Assembly (NCBI GenBank): GCA_030765485.1
Contig: JAVCCR010000032.1
Coordinates: 1 to 53,480, forward strand
From: Candidatus Gygaella obscura
Lineage (GTDB): Bacteria; Omnitrophota; Gorgyraeia; Gygaellales; Gygaellaceae
Length of the DNA: 53,480 bases
Direction: 5' to 3'
Below are positions 46,519 through 53,480 of this stretch, in pieces (position 1 is the first letter of the stretch; each line of letters starts with the position of its first letter). The notes under the pieces are model-generated. The model saw only the letters and a program-made list of their open reading frames with translations, was not told the origin of the DNA and made no database searches. The translations under genes were made by a program, and so were the position numbers.

Positions 46519-47505
46519 ATGAAGAAAAGAATTTTAAGCGGGATGAGGCCTACAGGACAGTTGCATATCGGTCATCTGGTAGGGGCGCTTGATAATTGGA
46601 TTAAGCTGCAGGATCAGTTTGATTGTTTTTTTATGGTTGCAGATTGGCATGCCTTAATGAGTGAGTATGAAAATCCCAGAGAGATCAAGAAAAATATTTT
46701 AGAAAATGTTTGTGATTGGATAAGTTGCGGTATTGATCCTGAAAAGGCAGTTATTTTTGTTCAGTCTCATGTAGGTGAACATCTTGATCTAGCAATGATT
46801 TTTTCCTGTATCACTCCTTTGGGATGGCTAGAGAGATGTCCTACGTATAAGGAACAAATAAAGGAGCTTAAAGGAAAAGATGTTAATAATTATGCTTTTT
46901 TGGGTTATCCGGTTTTGCAGGCTGCAGATATCTTGCTTTATAAGGCAGAGGTTGTTCCTGTAGGCAAGGATCAGCTCCCCCATTTAGAGTTGACGCGTGA
47001 AATCGCCAGAAGATTTAATAGTCTATATAAAAAAGAACTTTTTCCTGAACCAAAGGCTTTGCTTACTGAATCCGCTAGGCTTATGGGGCTCGATGGAAGA
47101 AAGATGAGTAAAAGCTACAACAATACCATAAATTTATCTGATAAGGAAATTGAGGTTGAAAAGAAAGTTATGCAGATGATAACAGATCCGAAACGTATTA
47201 AGCTTTTCGATAGAGGTAATCCAGATGTGTGCAATGTCTATAGCTACTATAATATTTTTTGCCCTGAGAAAAAAGAAGAAGTAAGAAATTACTGTATTGA
47301 GGCAAAAGTCGGTTGCACTAAATGTAAAAAACAACTAGCTGGTTGTATAAGTGAAAGGCTGGCTCCTATACAGCAGGAAAGAAAAAAGATTCTTAAGGAT
47401 AAAGGCTATCTTGGGAAGATTTTGCATTTAGGTGCAGAAAAAGCAAAGGATTTTGCTTGTTTGACTGTTGGACAGGCAAAAGAATTAGTGCATTTTTATG
47501 TATAA
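46519..47505 (+). CDS. trpS: tryptophan-tRNA ligase (with Cys-cluster motif)
   Basis: PTGQLHIGH (HIGH) and KMSKS. The Cys motif C238..C259-x6-C266-x2-C269 is treated in the findings. Confidence 0.92.
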   Translation: MKKRILSGMRPTGQLHIGHLVGALDNWIKLQDQFDCFFMVADWHALMSEYENPREIKKNILENVCDWISCGIDPEKAVIFVQSHVGEHLDLAMIFSCITPLGWLERCPTYKEQIKELKGKDVNNYAFLGYPVLQAADILLYKAEVVPVGKDQLPHLELTREIARRFNSLYKKELFPEPKALLTESARLMGLDGRKMSKSYNNTINLSDKEIEVEKKVMQMITDPKRIKLFDRGNPDVCNVYSYYNIFCPEKKEEVRNYCIEAKVGCTKCKKQLAGCISERLAPIQQERKKILKDKGYLGKILHLGAEKAKDFACLTVGQAKELVHFYV

Positions 47506-48253
47506 GATAAAATTAGATATATTTGAAGGTCCTCTCGATTTATTGTTATATCTTGTTAAGAAAGAACATGTCAATATCTGCGACATTCCAATCGTTAAGA
47601 TTACTGAACAGTATCTGAAATATTTGGAATTGATGAAATTACTGGATTTAAATATTGCCGGAGAGTTTTTGGTAATGGCCGCAACCCTTATCAATATAAA
47701 ATCAAAGATGCTTCTGCCGCAGGAAAAAAGCGAGGAAGAGCCAGAAGAAGAGGATTCGCGTTCAGAGCTTGTTCAGCGGCTTCTTGAGTACCAGAAGTTT
47801 AAAGAAGTAGCAAGTGAATTGCGTGATAAAGAAGAAAGCCGTCAAAAGGTTTTTGTCAGGCCGCGAGATAAACAGCTGCAGGACCAGCCTCCTGAGATAT
47901 ATTTTGAGGCAAGTGTATTTGATTTAATATCTGCTTTTTCTAAGGCTTTAAAACAGGTTCCTAAGGAAGTCTTTTATCAGGTTATAAAGGATGAGTTTAC
48001 CGTCGAAGAAAAGATCCATCAGCTCCTACATATGCTTGTTAAAAAACCTCAAATAGCCCTGTTTGATGTATTTAATAGCGCAAAGAGTAAATTGGAAATG
48101 GTTGCGTTTTTTTTGGCAGTTTTAGAGCTTATTCGTTTGAAAGAAATAGTAGTTATGCAAGAAGAGAGTTTTGATAATATTGTTTTATTTTTAAACAGGG
48201 ATAACGTTGCGCCAATTGCAAAAGATGAAAGAGAAGCTACTCAGCAACAATAA
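47498..48253 (+). CDS. scpA: segregation and condensation protein A
   Basis: FEGPLDLLLYLV and ITEQYL. Confidence 0.85.
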   Translation: MYKIKLDIFEGPLDLLLYLVKKEHVNICDIPIVKITEQYLKYLELMKLLDLNIAGEFLVMAATLINIKSKMLLPQEKSEEEPEEEDSRSELVQRLLEYQKFKEVASELRDKEESRQKVFVRPRDKQLQDQPPEIYFEASVFDLISAFSKALKQVPKEVFYQVIKDEFTVEEKIHQLLHMLVKKPQIALFDVFNSAKSKLEMVAFFLAVLELIRLKEIVVMQEESFDNIVLFLNRDNVAPIAKDEREATQQQ

Positions 48254-49256
48254 TATTATTAAGCATAATGAGTCCGAAGAAGATATAGTTTTTAATCTAT
48301 CCCTTCGGCCGAGCAACCTTACTGAGTTTGTGGGGCAGAAAGAGGTTGTTACTAATTTAAAAGTCGCCCTTCAGGCTGCCAAAGAAAGAAAAGAGCCTAT
48401 TGATCATGTATTATTTTCTGGTCCTCCGGGTTTGGGAAAAACTTCGCTTGCACATATTATTGCCCATGAGATGAATGCTAAGATTACCGCTACTTCCGGA
48501 CCGGCAATTACCCGGGCGGGAGATTTAATTGGTGTTTTGACTAATTTGGAAAAAGGAGATATTCTTTTTATTGATGAAATCCATAGGCTTAGTAAAACAG
48601 TTGAAGAGTTTCTTTATCCTGCTATGGAGAATTTTCAGATTGATTTTGTTATCGATAAAGGTCCGTATGCTAAGACAATAAAGTTTAATCTTAAGCCTTT
48701 TACCTTGGTTGCAGCGACAACCCGTTCAGGGCTTTTGGCAGCGCCTTTACGCAGCAGATTCGGGATATTTTACAATTTGAATTTCTACAATTTTGATGAA
48801 CTTGCTTTAATCGTTAGGCATTCAGCGAAAAGTCTTTCTGTAAAAATTGACAAGGAGGCATCTTTAGAGATAGCCAGACGTTCAAGAGGAACACCACGTA
48901 TTGCAAATAGGCTTCTGCGTAGAATCAGAGATTACTCCCAGGTTAAAAAAATCAATTTGATAGATCAAAAAACAGTCTGTAGCTCATTAGACGAACTGAG
49001 AATCGATAATGCCGGATTAGATGAGTTGGATAGAAAAGTGCTAAAAATAATAATCGATGTATATGACGGTGGGCCCGTAGGTATTGAATCGGTTGCGGCA
49101 AGTCTTAATGAAGAAGTAGATACAATAGCAGATACAGTCGAGCCTTATCTTTTACAGGCAGGGTTTTTAAAACGTACTCCCCGCGGCAGATCAATTACAA
49201 AATCTACCTATGCACATTTTGGCATCAAAAAAGACAAACAAGAAGAGTTGTTCTAA
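48225..49256 (+). CDS. ruvB: Holliday junction branch migration helicase RuvB
   Basis: LRPSNLTEFVGQ, GPPGLGKTS, DEIHRL and RGTPRIANRLLRR. I prefer ATG 48225 to the TTG at 48207. Confidence 0.93.
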   Translation: MKEKLLSNNNIIKHNESEEDIVFNLSLRPSNLTEFVGQKEVVTNLKVALQAAKERKEPIDHVLFSGPPGLGKTSLAHIIAHEMNAKITATSGPAITRAGDLIGVLTNLEKGDILFIDEIHRLSKTVEEFLYPAMENFQIDFVIDKGPYAKTIKFNLKPFTLVAATTRSGLLAAPLRSRFGIFYNLNFYNFDELALIVRHSAKSLSVKIDKEASLEIARRSRGTPRIANRLLRRIRDYSQVKKINLIDQKTVCSSLDELRIDNAGLDELDRKVLKIIIDVYDGGPVGIESVAASLNEEVDTIADTVEPYLLQAGFLKRTPRGRSITKSTYAHFGIKKDKQEELF

Positions 49257-49283
49257 GTATACTTTTATTAGTGAAATTTATTT

Positions 49284-49826
49284 ATGAAATTGCTGCTTCA
49301 TACCTGTTGTGCCCCATGTTTGATTTATCCTCTGGAAAGACTAAAGGATAAATTTTCTGCAACCTGTTTTTTTTATAATCCAAATATCCATGGGTTTATA
49401 GAATACAAAAATAGATTGAATACGGTTAAAGATTTTGCTTTAAGAAAATCTTTAGAATTGATATCGCCGGATTACCTGCCGGAAGAGTTTTTTGATCAGC
49501 TTGAAGATAAGGCTTCACCGGCCAGATGTAGGGTTTGTTGGCAGTTGCGTCTTGAGAGAACCGCGTTGTTTGCCAAAGATAACGGGTTTGATTATTTTAC
49601 TACTACTCTTTTGGTAAGCCCTTATCAGGATCAGTTTGCGATAAAGGAAATCGCACAGGTAATTTCTGATAATATTAAAGTAAAGTTTTTCTACGAAGAT
49701 TTCCGTTCTGGGTTTAGAAAAAGCCAGGATTATGCTAGAAGTAACAATATGTATATGCAGAAATACTGCGGCTGTATTTTTTCCGAGATGGATAGATATA
49801 AGAAAAGAAAAAAGAAGAATGATTAA
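49284..49826 (+). CDS. queH: epoxyqueuosine reductase QueH (DUF208)
   Basis: LLHTCCAPC, CRVCW and CGCIFSE cysteine motifs. Confidence 0.85.
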   Translation: MKLLLHTCCAPCLIYPLERLKDKFSATCFFYNPNIHGFIEYKNRLNTVKDFALRKSLELISPDYLPEEFFDQLEDKASPARCRVCWQLRLERTALFAKDNGFDYFTTTLLVSPYQDQFAIKEIAQVISDNIKVKFFYEDFRSGFRKSQDYARSNNMYMQKYCGCIFSEMDRYKKRKKKND

Positions 49827-50034
49827 TACGGCAAAAATTTTTATTGTTTTCGGGTTGATTTTATTTTTTATCGGACTGGTAGTATTATTTTTAAGTAGAT
49901 TTATAAATGTAGGCAGGCTTCCAGGAGATATTTTTATAAAAAAGGGTAATTTCAGTTTCTATTTTCCTCTTACAACTTCTATAATTGTAGGTATTGTTCT
50001 ATCGATAATTTCTTGGTTATGGATAAGAAAATAA
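49819..50034 (+). CDS. DUF2905 small membrane protein
   Basis: GRLPGDIFIKKGNFSFYFPLTTSI between two TM helices. I start at ATG 49819, an 8-nt overlap with queH. Confidence 0.7.
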   Translation: MINTAKIFIVFGLILFFIGLVVLFLSRFINVGRLPGDIFIKKGNFSFYFPLTTSIIVGIVLSIISWLWIRK

Positions 50035-51175
50035 AATTTATTCGAATTGCCGGGTTCAGCGCTTTAATGGTTTTATTTGGCTTATTTTTCTTTGTTAATG
50101 CTGGTTTTGCTCAGTCTCAAACTATACGCGTCAGGATAGCTGATGATGCGGAAAGTTTTTTCCTGACAGTAAGAAAATCATACAAGCTATATGATATTAA
50201 AGATAATACCCTTATAAAAGAAAGCAGTATTTTTTTAAAAGAAAAGATTACTCCTGAAGGGATTGGTGCGATAAAAATAGGTTCATGTATTCTTAATTTG
50301 AATCAACTAAGAGTAGATTGCTGCGGCGAGAGGCAGTTTTTCTTAAACAAGAGAAGATACAAGGGAGATTTAAGTATAATTTTAAAAGACAATGGTAAGT
50401 TCACCCTTATTAACACCGTGGATTTGGAGGATTATTTAAAAAGTGTGGTTCCCTCGGAAATTCCCTGGTATTGGCCTTATGAGGTGCTAAAGGCGCAGGC
50501 TGTTATTGCCAGGACTTTTGCTGTTGATAAAAGAAAAAAAAATAGTAAGAATATGTTTGATGTAACAGGTGATATTTACTCTCAGGTTTACGGCGGGGAT
50601 ACCTCCCGTAGATTTCGTGCAAGCAGGGCAGTTGAAAAGACAAAAGGCATGGTTTTAAAATGTGAAGGTAAGATATTCCCTGCTTTTTTTCATGCTACGT
50701 GTGGAGGGCATACTGAGGATGTTGAAAATTTATGGGGGCCGGCTGTCGCTAGCCTTCGGGGTGTTAAATGTGATTATTGCAGAGATTCTTTGCATTTCAA
50801 ATGGTTTAAAAAGTTAAACGCTGCAGAAATCTTAAAAGGTTTACAGAAAAAAGAAATTGATATCTCTGATATTAAGGATTTAAGGGTTCTCAATCGCAAC
50901 AGTACGGATAGGGTAGTTGAGATATTAATTGTTACCACTGGCGGGGAGAAAATAATCAAAGGTAACGATTTTAGAAATGCCGTAGGCAGTAAAATTATTA
51001 GAAGTCTTAACTTTAGTATAATAAAAGAAGGAAAAGATTTTGTTTTTGATGGTTTTGGCTGGGGTCATGGCGTAGGTTTTTGTCAGTGGGGTGGATATTT
51101 TATGGCTCGCGCCGGAAAAAGTTTTAGACAGATACTTCAATACTACTATCCTAAAAGCACTATAGGATATCTTAA

Positions 51176-51179
<4 letters not shown>
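50019..51179 (+). CDS. SpoIID/LytB-domain protein
   Basis: Signal/anchor segment. YLKSVVPSEIP...LKAQAVIARTFA, FHATCGGHTED and GHGVGFCQWG. Confidence 0.85.

Positions 51180-53480
<2,301 letters not shown>

Overview
This is an AT-rich, very compact bacterial chromosomal segment. I support about 62 protein-coding genes, and all are on the + strand. Many are joined by 4-11 nt start/stop overlaps. Every minus-strand ORF in the track lies antisense to a recognisable + strand gene and looks like a shadow ORF.

Gene content is mostly core housekeeping, arranged in conserved synteny blocks:
- Purine block: purB, purS-purL fusion, LOG-family gene, purQ, purM, purD, purE.
- tsaC::LMW-phosphatase fusion, rpiB, glyA, dCMP deaminase, nrdR.
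- cca, nth.
- An ECF sigma/anti-sigma module.
- yjbQ, macro-Nudix fusion, SAM hydrolase, ttcA, rmuC.
- Flavodoxin, ccdA, tlpA.
- pncB and a core-MetE-like gene.
- DUF4912 and a GH57 branching enzyme.
- uppS, cdsA, dxr, rseP, ispG, [cpaF-like ATPase], proS, rimP, nusA, infB.
- trpS, scpA, ruvB, queH, DUF2905, spoIID-like gene, queA, tgt, and the 5' end of trmD.

The most accessory-looking stretch is 1..4365: an interrupted B12-radical SAM gene, a secreted hypothetical, a MEDS protein, a PilZ protein and a GH17-like glucanase.

I found no rRNA, tRNA, CRISPR array, IS element, integrase, prophage or recognisable defence island. I do not see a convincing stand-alone novel multi-gene system.

The best leads are unusual domain architectures or gene insertions inside otherwise conserved operons:
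- TsaC fused to an LMW phosphatase.
- An orphan CpaF-type ATPase between ispG and proS.
- A ProRS whose editing domain is replaced by a CxxC-x12-CxxC element.
- A macro-Nudix fusion.
- A LOG gene inside the pur operon.
- An in-frame TAG in the radical SAM gene.

Taxonomy cannot be assigned from the sequence alone. The standard code (11) fits, because TAA, TGA and TAG all act as stops.
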